A DNA stretch of 37,192 bases from an uncultured archaeon (GTDB lineage Archaea > Aenigmatarchaeota > Aenigmatarchaeia > CG10238-14 > SCSR01): assembly GCA_964423085.1 (NCBI GenBank), contig CAYRDB010000004.1, positions 1 to 37,192 of the forward strand, read 5' to 3'. The number at the start of each line of letters is the position of its first letter. Positions within the stretch are counted from its first letter, which is position 1. Below the pieces are notes generated by a model. It had not been told where the DNA came from, ran no database searches, and saw only the letters and a program-made list of their open reading frames with translations. A program made the position numbers and the translations under genes. Positions 1 to 8,455 of this stretch are shown in pieces.

Positions 1-15
1 TTGACAGGGGGTCGT

Positions 16-30
16 GAAAAGCTTAAATAA
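16..30 (+). promoter_or_regulatory. Archaeal BRE/TATA promoter candidate (GAAAAGCTTAAATAA)
   Basis: Purine-rich BRE followed by TTAAATAA, 23-30 nt upstream of the ATG at 53. This fits a leaderless archaeal transcript and argues against the GTG start at 14. Confidence 0.6.
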
Positions 31-52
31 TTTGTTATTTAGTAGTAGTATC

Positions 53-763
53 ATGGATTACAACGGATTGGGAAAGCTGAAAATATTGAGGAAAAGGCTT
101 GATAATTACATGGATCAGAAATATACTAGTTGGTTTGGATATGAGCTTCCTCCTGAAGTTGTTAAGGATATTAACAAAATAGACAAGTACGCTTATAGAA
201 ACTCTTGCATTCATTTTGACACTTTATATTTCTGGGAAAACAAGTTCAAGCCAGTTTACGAAAAACTAGCTGACAGGTTCTTGAAAAATAATCGGAATGT
301 TTACTTTGGTGTTCATCCTGATAAATTGTTCCATATAATGAGGGCTATGAGAGGGACCCTAGAATGTACGAATATGCCTGTCATACCTAGGAAAGAACTG
401 AAAGGAAAAATAAAGCTGAATCGCGGATTGACAACAGCATGCTTCGACGAGTTGTTCCCTGCGGCATACGTTTCGAGAGTCACAAACAACCTAGATTTGA
501 CATTATTGGAATCTAACATTGACCCTGTCTTCAGTGTGTCAGCTTCAACAGTTCGTTGCAGAACATTGAAAGACGATTTCACAATGGAAATAGGAATAGA
601 TGATTTGGAATCAATCCTTGGTGAAGAGGATAGGATAAGCCTAAGGGAAAGGGGCTATATGGAAGGCAACGGGCTTGAGACCAACAAAAAGATTACACTT
701 TCTTACAGATTGGAAGGCGTTAAAGGAAGCCTCAAAGAGATACCAAGAGTTAAAATGAACTGA
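53..763 (+). CDS. Hypothetical soluble protein (~236 aa)
   Basis: Long ORF; start moved to ATG 53 (MDYNGLG...) based on promoter spacing. No family recognised. Confidence 0.7.
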   Translation: MDYNGLGKLKILRKRLDNYMDQKYTSWFGYELPPEVVKDINKIDKYAYRNSCIHFDTLYFWENKFKPVYEKLADRFLKNNRNVYFGVHPDKLFHIMRAMRGTLECTNMPVIPRKELKGKIKLNRGLTTACFDELFPAAYVSRVTNNLDLTLLESNIDPVFSVSASTVRCRTLKDDFTMEIGIDDLESILGEEDRISLRERGYMEGNGLETNKKITLSYRLEGVKGSLKEIPRVKMN

Positions 764-764
764 T

Positions 765-1412
765 TCAACTAGCAAAATCTCTTTTTCTTTTTTGATATAG
801 TTCTTTGAGGTGTTTATTAGCATCCAATCTTTCCGCTGAATCTTTTATAGAAGATCTTGCAATGTTTTCGAATCTTTCTATTTCTTCATCCAACTCAATG
901 CGATTTTTCATGTTTTTTATTGCTTTATTCCAGTTTTCACCAGGCCCTTTCCATATACTGAATCTAGCCAAAAACCACAAAGTGACCCCAATAAACAAGA
1001 GTGCTGCGAACAGAAGGAAGCTCCAATAACCGAAACCTACAAAGACTGCTCTGATAACAATAACCATAAAACCTGTGGGTCCTACAGTGAGAGTCATCAA
1101 AAGGGCAAGTACTCCGTTCAATTTAGGCCTGTTTCTGAATATTTTGATTTCAGTAAGTATTCCAAACAATACTACAAAAAGCGATAAGAATGGAAATATG
1201 AGCCACTGCAGAATTGCATATGGTGAAATTTCGTTTGTTCCAGAATAATATACCATAAAGTCAGGTATGTCTGGACCGAAAAAGAACCCAAGAAGTTCTT
1301 TTGCTGTGTCGTCAAAATTCCATCCCATTTCAAACCCGATGTTTGCTGAGGCTGAAACAGGCAATATAAGAAGGGCAATCATAAAAAGTGAAATATACAA
1401 CTTAGTCGACAT
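765..1412 (-). CDS. Multi-pass membrane protein with N-terminal signal-like segment and charged C-terminal helical tail
   Basis: 215 aa with several hydrophobic helices; motif LIFPF..LFGIL..IKIFR....LNGVLA is shared with the neighbouring 124-aa ORF. Confidence 0.8.
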   Translation of the reverse strand: MSTKLYISLFMIALLILPVSASANIGFEMGWNFDDTAKELLGFFFGPDIPDFMVYYSGTNEISPYAILQWLIFPFLSLFVVLFGILTEIKIFRNRPKLNGVLALLMTLTVGPTGFMVIVIRAVFVGFGYWSFLLFAALLFIGVTLWFLARFSIWKGPGENWNKAIKNMKNRIELDEEIERFENIARSSIKDSAERLDANKHLKELYQKRKRDFAS

Positions 1413-1457
1413 CTTTTATCTAAAAGAACATTGTTGTTTAAACTATTTTAATATTGT

Positions 1458-1832
1458 TCACAAGTTAGCACCCATCAGAACTGGATAGAAGAACGCTATT
1501 ATTCCGCCTATTATGAGCGCGGCTATCAGCCTCTTGCCGCTGAAGTTGCCGGAAAGAAGGAATGATATTCCCACTAGCACAGGCACCCACATGCTCGGAG
1601 GCATCCATTGCAGCATGGTCACATTGAAGAAAGATATTATGAAAGCCAGGACCCCGTTGATCCAGTTCGAAGACCTGAAAATCCTGACCTTCTTCGAAAG
1701 CAAAACATACCAGAACCAGACTGCGCATATGAACGGTATTATGAAATAGAAGATTATGTTCGGGAAAGTGAAGTAGTTGGAAGGTATGCTGAAAACGCTT
1801 GAAAGTATTCCAGCCATTGTGTCAATAACCAT
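1458..1832 (-). CDS. Small multi-pass membrane protein, paralogue of 765..1412
   Basis: 124 aa, about 4 TM segments; FIIPF..WYVLL..VRIFR....INGVLA. Confidence 0.8.
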   Translation of the reverse strand: MVIDTMAGILSSVFSIPSNYFTFPNIIFYFIIPFICAVWFWYVLLSKKVRIFRSSNWINGVLAFIISFFNVTMLQWMPPSMWVPVLVGISFLLSGNFSGKRLIAALIIGGIIAFFYPVLMGANL

Positions 1833-1841
1833 ACCCGCTCA

Positions 1842-2564
1842 CTAGGACTCTCTCTTCAACCTCTGCACGAGATCGCTCAGCGCGCGGACCGACTCTATCA
1901 GAGCGGGAAGAGTGTCCTTGAAAGCCTTTTCCAGACTCGCCATCCTGGTGTTGACATCGGTAAGCTCGCTCTTCAAATCTTCGATGCCTCTTAGAACGAC
2001 CTGCTGGTCGTCTGTCCTGACTTTTGAAAGTTCCTTTACCCGCTCAGCCATCTCCCTGAGTCTTGTTTCCAGTTCCTTGTTCCTTACGTTGAATGTGTTA
2101 ATCTGATCGACTATGTCCTGGTTCCTTTCCTGGACTATATAATCAATATACTCCTCTGTTGGATATCCCTGGTAGTACTCTTCTGGTAAAGACGTCTCAG
2201 GCATGTCGGGCATTTCTTCCTTGTGGCCATGAAGATCTTCAATTGTAGGCAGCTTGAAGCTAGCAGGCTCCCTCCTTTGAGGGAACGAAGCATTTTCGGA
2301 CTGACCCCTGAAATTGCTATAAGAGTCGAAGTTCTGCTGCTGAGGTTGCTGGTACCTGCTATTTCCAACAACGCCCTCTTTCACCGCATTTGTCAGAGCC
2401 TTGTCTATTTCGTCAGGAGAAAACCCTTCCCTTCTAAGCACGTCTATGGAGTCAATCTCGGAGAATCCCTTTTCCATTAGCTCACGAACCCTGTCGGACG
2501 GCACATATCCTCTTCCTTTAGACTCTTCGGCTTTTTTAGATTTGCTCAAAAAAGGCAGTTCCAT
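1842..2564 (-). CDS. Hypothetical protein: small N-terminal helical domain, Q/P/E-rich linker, C-terminal coiled coil
   Basis: 240 aa; V..L..KG.S....I..L...G.S..EI..AL N-terminal pattern; heptad-rich C-terminal ~100 aa; AGGAGG SD 6 nt upstream. Confidence 0.8.
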   Translation of the reverse strand: MELPFLSKSKKAEESKGRGYVPSDRVRELMEKGFSEIDSIDVLRREGFSPDEIDKALTNAVKEGVVGNSRYQQPQQQNFDSYSNFRGQSENASFPQRREPASFKLPTIEDLHGHKEEMPDMPETSLPEEYYQGYPTEEYIDYIVQERNQDIVDQINTFNVRNKELETRLREMAERVKELSKVRTDDQQVVLRGIEDLKSELTDVNTRMASLEKAFKDTLPALIESVRALSDLVQRLKRES

Positions 2565-2570
2565 AACATC

Positions 2571-2576
2571 CCTCCT
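2571..2576 (-). promoter_or_regulatory. Shine-Dalgarno site AGGAGG
   Basis: CCTCCT on the + strand, 6 nt before the ATG at 2564. Confidence 0.7.
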
Positions 2577-2635
2577 GAAATCATCTTATTAAACTTTGAT
2601 TTTTCTTCAATAATAAGCTTTGTTCTGATTGCATC

Positions 2636-3025
2636 TCAAAGCTTTTTGGCGTATTTCTCATCAAGGGCCCTTTCAAGTTCGTCCTTTGTTACAAACTTCG
2701 AGGTTATAGGATTCACCAAGTCTATGAAGCCTTCAAGCTGCTTCAGCTCAATCTTGGTCGCGGTCTTTTCCATGCTTTTTCCCATCTTAGCCACGCTGTT
2801 CTCCAAGACAGAAAGCCTCTCGTTCGCGAGATTCATCTTGCTGCTTATTGTTTCCAGAGAAACCTTGATGTCGCCCATCTTCAAAATCGCAGATTCCTCG
2901 AGAGAACTGAGGGCGCTTTCCACACGCTTTATGTTCTGCTCCATCAGCCTTATCCTCCTCCTATCCTCGTTCACTCTCTTCATAAGCTCGTTCATAACTC
3001 CAGTTTCCGCACCCTGAACAGCCAT
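2636..3025 (-). CDS. Coiled-coil hypothetical protein
   Basis: 129 aa, near-continuous heptads, ending LEGFIDLVNPITSKFVTKDELERAL; divergent from the pilus ATPase with a 61-bp gap. Confidence 0.8.
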   Translation of the reverse strand: MAVQGAETGVMNELMKRVNEDRRRIRLMEQNIKRVESALSSLEESAILKMGDIKVSLETISSKMNLANERLSVLENSVAKMGKSMEKTATKIELKQLEGFIDLVNPITSKFVTKDELERALDEKYAKKL

Positions 3026-3086
3026 CTTAATACACCATCCAATAAAGAATTTGTGTAGACGAGGATAAATTTAATTAGGTTTTCAG

Positions 3087-5330
3087 ATGGTATGCGAAGG
3101 GGAAGTCATTGACAACACGTTGAGGGTCAACTGTCTTGGATGTGTGTTCGGATCTAGCATAGAGGACTTTGAAGCGTGCATGGCGACCACGATAGACAAG
3201 CTCGTTAAGAACAAGGGAGTAACCAGGATAATACTCGCAGAAAACAGGGAGAATGAATACGACCTGGAGCAAACAGTTTTTCTTGCCGAAATAGCGGAAG
3301 CATACAACAGGATACTGAACGAGGAGAGGCTGCTTTCGCTGGATAACTTGGGAATCGATGGGTGTGAAAAGTTCTTCCCGAGAAGGCTTGCAGAGCTCCA
3401 GTTCCTTATAATGGAAGTTCTAAGAAAGGATCCAATAGGCGCTTATGTCAGGATATGCAGGCTCATAACAAGGGAGAAATCCAGCATGGTGGCCGCTTTC
3501 AGCTCTAGGATAAAGCAGTGCCATGCGCACTACATACAGAATGCGCTCGAGCCGATAAAGGCGATACTGGAGTCTTGCAGGATGATACAGGCGGCGAAGC
3601 CTGCGCTGAGTACATACAAGCTCGGTGACAGGTCTATATACAGGGACTTATTCCATCCGGTCACAAGACCAAATTTCATGCTAACCCGTTACATGACTAT
3701 GCCCCCAAAGGGGGGCAAGCTTGTGGAGAAATACAGCATTGGCAATACGCTTGTGGAAATATTCAAGGTCTCCGGAAAGGTAAGGTACAAGTACCATATA
3801 ACGCCTGCCGAATTCAGACTGAGCGACGAAAAGTATTCGCTGCTCGACTCTGCCAGAAGATACCTTTCCGAACATAAGCCGACAGAAAAGGAGACGTCTG
3901 AGCCTGAGATGTCTAGGACTATTTTCAAGAACATAGGTCAGGACCTTATCAGGGACCTATCAGAAAGGATGTCTTTGTCACTGTCACCCAAAGAGATAGA
4001 CGAGCTCTCCACAATATTGTCAAGATACACCGCAGGGTTCGGAGTGCTGGAGCTTCTTCTCAGCGACAAGAAAATACAAGACGTTTATGTAAACTCTCCG
4101 ATAGGTTCCACGCCTGTCTACATCTACCATTCCGACTACGAGGAGTGCGAGACAAACCTAATACCGACCAGGGAGGACGCGGAAGCGTGGGCCACAAGGT
4201 TCAGGCTTTATTCCGGAAGGCCGCTTGACGAGGCGAATCCCGTTCTTGACACAGAGCTCATTGTTCCCGGCGGAAGGGCAAGGGTGGCTGCAATAACCCG
4301 CTCTCTGTCTCCGGAAGGATTGGCTTTCGCGTTCAGGCGACATAGGGAGAAACCGTGGACGTTCCCGCTCTTCATGAAGGGAAACTACATCGACCCAATG
4401 TATGCAGGACTTATGAGCTTCATAATAGATGGAGGAAGAGCCTGCCTCATAGCGGGCGGAAGGAGCTCGGGAAAGACATCCCTGCTCGGGGCAATGATGC
4501 TTGAAATTATGAGAAAGTTCAGGGTCATAGTCCAGGAGGACACGCTCGAGCTTCCGGTCGTGCAGCTCAGGGATATGGGATACAATGTGGGCAGACTAAA
4601 GTCCAGGTCTGTGATAACAAAGGTGGAAAGCGAGCTGCCTGCGGACGAGGCGTTGAGGACAGCGCTGCGTCTTGGAGACTCGGTTCTCATACTGGGCGAG
4701 GTTAGGAGCGTGGAAGGCAAGGCACTTTTCGAGGCTATGAGAATAGGCGCGCTGGCTCATTTTGTCGGAGGCACAATACACGGAGAATCCGCGTACGGCG
4801 TGTACGACAGGGTCGTCAACGACCTTGGAGTGCCGAACACAAGCTTCAAGGCAATAGACCTTATCACAATCTGCAACATGCTCAGGAGCCCGGACGGCAT
4901 GCACAGGTTCAGAAGAGTGATGGCCCTCACAGAGGTCAGAAAGCACTGGAAGGACGACCCGTCCGCAGAGGGTGGATTCGTGAACCTGATGGAATATTCT
5001 GCCAAGGAAGACAAGCTCAGACCCACGTCAGTTCTGACAGACGGAGAGTCCGAGGTGCTTAACGAAATATCAAAGCGTGTCAGGGAATGGCACGGAAGGT
5101 GGGATGACATGTGGGACAACATACAGCTGAGGGCGAAGATAAAGCAGGCGCTGGTGGACTATTCGGAGAAGCTTGAAAGGCCCGACATACTAGAAGCAGA
5201 CTGGACAGTCAACAGCAACGAAATGTTCCACATCATATCGGACGAAGTTAAAGAGGAAGTGGGCGGGCTCGACTCTAAAATTATATTCGAGCGTTGGGAA
5301 AACTGGTTCAAGGACAGGTTGAAAGCATAG
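3087..5330 (+). CDS. Type II/IV secretion (TadA/VirB11/ArlI family) assembly ATPase with long N-terminal extension
   Basis: Walker A GGRSSGKTS, Asp box QEDTLEL, ALRxxxxxLILGEVR (Walker B), His box GTIHG. Confidence 0.95.
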   Translation: MVCEGEVIDNTLRVNCLGCVFGSSIEDFEACMATTIDKLVKNKGVTRIILAENRENEYDLEQTVFLAEIAEAYNRILNEERLLSLDNLGIDGCEKFFPRRLAELQFLIMEVLRKDPIGAYVRICRLITREKSSMVAAFSSRIKQCHAHYIQNALEPIKAILESCRMIQAAKPALSTYKLGDRSIYRDLFHPVTRPNFMLTRYMTMPPKGGKLVEKYSIGNTLVEIFKVSGKVRYKYHITPAEFRLSDEKYSLLDSARRYLSEHKPTEKETSEPEMSRTIFKNIGQDLIRDLSERMSLSLSPKEIDELSTILSRYTAGFGVLELLLSDKKIQDVYVNSPIGSTPVYIYHSDYEECETNLIPTREDAEAWATRFRLYSGRPLDEANPVLDTELIVPGGRARVAAITRSLSPEGLAFAFRRHREKPWTFPLFMKGNYIDPMYAGLMSFIIDGGRACLIAGGRSSGKTSLLGAMMLEIMRKFRVIVQEDTLELPVVQLRDMGYNVGRLKSRSVITKVESELPADEALRTALRLGDSVLILGEVRSVEGKALFEAMRIGALAHFVGGTIHGESAYGVYDRVVNDLGVPNTSFKAIDLITICNMLRSPDGMHRFRRVMALTEVRKHWKDDPSAEGGFVNLMEYSAKEDKLRPTSVLTDGESEVLNEISKRVREWHGRWDDMWDNIQLRAKIKQALVDYSEKLERPDILEADWTVNSNEMFHIISDEVKEEVGGLDSKIIFERWENWFKDRLKA

Positions 5331-5356
5331 GCTGAACAATTAAGATTAGTGGTTGC

Positions 5357-7318
5357 ATGGCTGCGAACGCAAGAAGCTCAAAAGACTATCAAGAGTTCCT
5401 CAAAGGGGAATCAGATGTCAAGGTTATGACAAAGTACGAGAAGGCGTGTAGCATAACTGAAAAAATACTTCCGATGTCTCCATGGAAGTCTCTAGAGGAC
5501 AAATACTACGAAGCAATAAAATTCAGCCACCTCAAAGTAAGCCCAAAGGGAGCTTTCTCGCTGATGATAATAGCGACCCTGCTTATCACAGTGCTTCCTT
5601 CCGCGATTTCAATCGCATTCAACGCGTTCTCAATGGCAAGCGTGCTTCTGATAATGGTGATGGGCGCGGTTGTGTTCTACTACTTTTACGACTACCCGTT
5701 CCACTTTTCGATAATGTTCAGGATAAAGGCCAGCTCGGAGATGGTTCTGGCCATAGTGTACATGACCATATCCATGCGGGTGAGCCCTAACATTGAAAAC
5801 GCAATCGAGTTCAGCGCCAACAACCTTCGCGGCCCGCTGAGCGTGGACCTTCACCAATTGCTTTGGGACATCTATCTGAGAAAGTTCGACTCGGCTGCAG
5901 CTGCGCTGGACAGCTTCATAGACAAGTGGAAGCGCGACAACAAGGAGTTCGCCGAATCCATATACCTGATAAAGAACTCGGTCATAGAAAGCTCTGTAAG
6001 GAGGGAGCAAGTGCTTGACGAGGCTGTGTCAGTCATACTGAAAGGCACAAAAGCCAGGATGAAGAACTACGCGCAGGATCTGAAGACCCCTGTCATGGTC
6101 ATGAACGCGCTCGGAATACTCCTTCCGATAATAGGGTTGGTCTTCCTGCCCATGATGGCTGTCTTCATGCCCGACACAATTCAGCCGATATTCATAGCGA
6201 TTGGTTACAACATCATGCTTCCGCTCATAGTCTACTGGATAATGAAGATATACCTGGAGAAGAGGCCTTACGGGTTCCACCAGCCGGATCTTTCTAAGCA
6301 TCCGAAATTCGTTTCTGAAAAGAACTGGCTTTATCCAGCTGTTGGAATAGCAGTTGCGCTGCCTTTTGTCATAATAGGATTGTGGCAGATACTTTCGAGC
6401 GGGGAGATATTCAGCTTCGAGCAGCTGGTATACTCCATGATGATAACCCTCGGAATTTGCTTTGGAATAGTGTCCTACTCCATCTTGTATTCGGTCAGAA
6501 AGACAAAAATCAGGGACGAGGTAGTGAGCATAGAGAGCGAGTTTGCAGAGGTACTGTTCCAGCTAGGAAACCAGATAACCAGGGGCATACCTCTGGAGAA
6601 GACGTTGAAGAACATCTCGCCACAGATAAAGAACCTCAAGGTTTCAAAGTTTTTCGACAAGATATTGTACAACATAGAGACTTTCGGGATGACACTAGAC
6701 CAGGCCGTTTTCGACAAGGATGTGGGTGCGATACGAGACTATCCGTCAATGATGATAAGCGCGATAATGCACGCAGTAGTCGAGATATCAAAAAGGGGCA
6801 TGAACACCGCATCGAAGGCGATGATAACAATATCAAACTACCTCAAGGACTCGAGGGAGGTGGAAGAATACCTGAAGGAGATGCTCGGAGAAGTGACTTC
6901 GACCATGAGCATGCAGGCCATACTTCTCGCGCCTCTCAGCTCGGGAATAGTGGTCGCGCTGGCTGCTATGATAATGCGCATGATGGTCATGCTTGGGGGA
7001 ATGGTGGAGAACCTATACGGAAACCTGTCAAGCTACGGGTCGCTTGGCGCTGCTGGAGGGGGCCTGTTCACAACAATCCTGAATCTCGACAAGATGATAC
7101 CTGTCCATACTTTCCAGCTAATAGTCGGCATTTACATGGTGGAAGTAGTGAGCATGATAGCCATTTTCATAAGCATAATAGACAACGGGGACGAGAAGCT
7201 CCTGAAGAGGATGAATCTGGGGAAGACCCTGCTTATGTCTACTGCCATATATGCTGTAATAACACTGGTATTCTATCAGGTGCTGTCATCTCTTATACCG
7301 CTCACGGGGTTGGTCTGA
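5357..7318 (+). CDS. Type IV pilus membrane platform protein (TadC/ArlJ/T2SSF family), two-domain fusion
   Basis: 653 aa, two repeats of a cytoplasmic helical domain plus TM pairs (e.g. EFAEVLFQLGNQITRGIPLEKTL); directly follows the ATPase. Confidence 0.85.
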   Translation: MAANARSSKDYQEFLKGESDVKVMTKYEKACSITEKILPMSPWKSLEDKYYEAIKFSHLKVSPKGAFSLMIIATLLITVLPSAISIAFNAFSMASVLLIMVMGAVVFYYFYDYPFHFSIMFRIKASSEMVLAIVYMTISMRVSPNIENAIEFSANNLRGPLSVDLHQLLWDIYLRKFDSAAAALDSFIDKWKRDNKEFAESIYLIKNSVIESSVRREQVLDEAVSVILKGTKARMKNYAQDLKTPVMVMNALGILLPIIGLVFLPMMAVFMPDTIQPIFIAIGYNIMLPLIVYWIMKIYLEKRPYGFHQPDLSKHPKFVSEKNWLYPAVGIAVALPFVIIGLWQILSSGEIFSFEQLVYSMMITLGICFGIVSYSILYSVRKTKIRDEVVSIESEFAEVLFQLGNQITRGIPLEKTLKNISPQIKNLKVSKFFDKILYNIETFGMTLDQAVFDKDVGAIRDYPSMMISAIMHAVVEISKRGMNTASKAMITISNYLKDSREVEEYLKEMLGEVTSTMSMQAILLAPLSSGIVVALAAMIMRMMVMLGGMVENLYGNLSSYGSLGAAGGGLFTTILNLDKMIPVHTFQLIVGIYMVEVVSMIAIFISIIDNGDEKLLKRMNLGKTLLMSTAIYAVITLVFYQVLSSLIPLTGLV

Positions 7319-7462
7319 ATGATTGGAAAAAAAGGCGACGTGAACAGGTACATACTTTATATGATTGTCATACTCATACTGATAGTTCTAATAATGGCTC
7401 TTTTCCTAGGAGGCATGGAAACTGTTATTAACAACGTCTTCATTAAAGAAGTCCTAAATTAA
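7319..7462 (+). CDS. 47-aa pilin-like microprotein (not in ORF track)
   Basis: Own translation: MIGKKG/DVNRYILYMIVILILIVLIMALFLGGMETVINNVFIKEVLN*. KKG followed by a hydrophobic helix is a class III signal peptide pattern; the ATG abuts the TadC TGA. Confidence 0.8.
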   Translation: MIGKKGDVNRYILYMIVILILIVLIMALFLGGMETVINNVFIKEVLN

Positions 7463-7484
7463 GATTATATTACAGGGTGTACCC

Positions 7485-7697
7485 ATGGGCAGCAAGGGTG
7501 TGAGCGGCAAAATCCTAACAATGGTCATAGGCCTAGTGGTTGCTATAGCAGCGCTCATAATCCTATGGGTGTTCCTGCAGGACGCCATGCCGTTCGTGAC
7601 CAACACCGTGGATATGGCGGTGGCTGCGTTCAAGAGGATGATTTGCGACAGCATTCCTCCTGTTGGAGATTTTTTCAAGACTATTGACTGGTGCTAG
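7485..7697 (+). CDS. Small pilin-like protein (70 aa)
   Basis: MGSKG/VSGKILTMVIGLVVAIAALIILWVFL class III-like N-terminus; two C-terminal Cys. Confidence 0.8.
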   Translation: MGSKGVSGKILTMVIGLVVAIAALIILWVFLQDAMPFVTNTVDMAVAAFKRMICDSIPPVGDFFKTIDWC

Positions 7698-7700
7698 CAC

Positions 7701-8453
7701 ATGAAAGTTATGTCTAATTTCGGGGAAATGTCTGTGGAGAGCACTGCAAAAATAGTGTTAATAATGGTGCTTGTTGTAGTCGGAGTTATTATGATAGGCT
7801 ACTCTATGACCGGATTTGAAGACGTCGCAGGAATATTGGAGAGCTTTTTCAAAGGATCAGAGAAAGCGGAGAAAGACCCTACTCTTGAAACCGCAATAAA
7901 ATGCGTCTATTACAGGTGTGAGGAGGGATGCGACTCAGATATAATTGACACCCTTTATACAGAAAGCTTCAAATGTGCAGATTTCTGCGACCTTTCTAAA
8001 ATCGAAAACACCCTCGACAGAGTTAAAATCATGAATTCAAAGCTTTATGGAGAAGAACATAAAATATGCGAAGATGATAGCACACGCTTTCCTGTGGTGT
8101 TTTCTTTGTCCGAACATACTATGCTGACCCCTATAAAACGAGACAGCGAACACTACCTTACCAAACCTTTATACATAGTTGAAGATTGTGATTCTGTTGG
8201 AGGTTATTCGTTCCCGTCTAGTGGACATACGCCAATAAACATAGATGAGAGTGTAATAGATGACCCAGATGAATATTGTGAAGATAAGGAGGACTTTCTT
8301 GTAGGAGATCCGGCAAATATGGCAACTGATGATGCATACACAAAGTGCTTGATTGAAGCTGGAACTTACCAACTAACATGGGTTTCTAGGACTATTGGAG
8401 TTTTGCCAACAATAGAGGTTTGGCAGGAGCTTTCCCTATGTGAAAGTGATTGA
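7701..8453 (+). CDS. Cys-rich acidic minor pilin-like protein
   Basis: NFG/EMSVE (Glu at +5) plus hydrophobic helix; 10 Cys; AIKCxYYxCxxxC motif. Confidence 0.75.
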   Translation: MKVMSNFGEMSVESTAKIVLIMVLVVVGVIMIGYSMTGFEDVAGILESFFKGSEKAEKDPTLETAIKCVYYRCEEGCDSDIIDTLYTESFKCADFCDLSKIENTLDRVKIMNSKLYGEEHKICEDDSTRFPVVFSLSEHTMLTPIKRDSEHYLTKPLYIVEDCDSVGGYSFPSSGHTPINIDESVIDDPDEYCEDKEDFLVGDPANMATDDAYTKCLIEAGTYQLTWVSRTIGVLPTIEVWQELSLCESD

Positions 8454-8455
8454 AT

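Noticed and set aside
7327-7333. A7 tract in the micro-pilin as a phase-variation switch
   Set aside because: Short, simply encodes the Gly-Lys-Lys of the signal peptide; similar tracts occur throughout the window.
6382-7431. 349-aa same-strand alternative-frame ORF over tadC
   Set aside because: Arg/His/Asp-rich shadow composition, entirely overlapping convincing genes; explained by few T-ending codons in the real frame.
5338-7467. AATTAAGATTA at 5338-5348 and 7457-7467 in pilus intergenic regions as a regulator site
   Set aside because: Only two copies of an AT-rich 11-mer with different spacing to the starts; compatible with chance.
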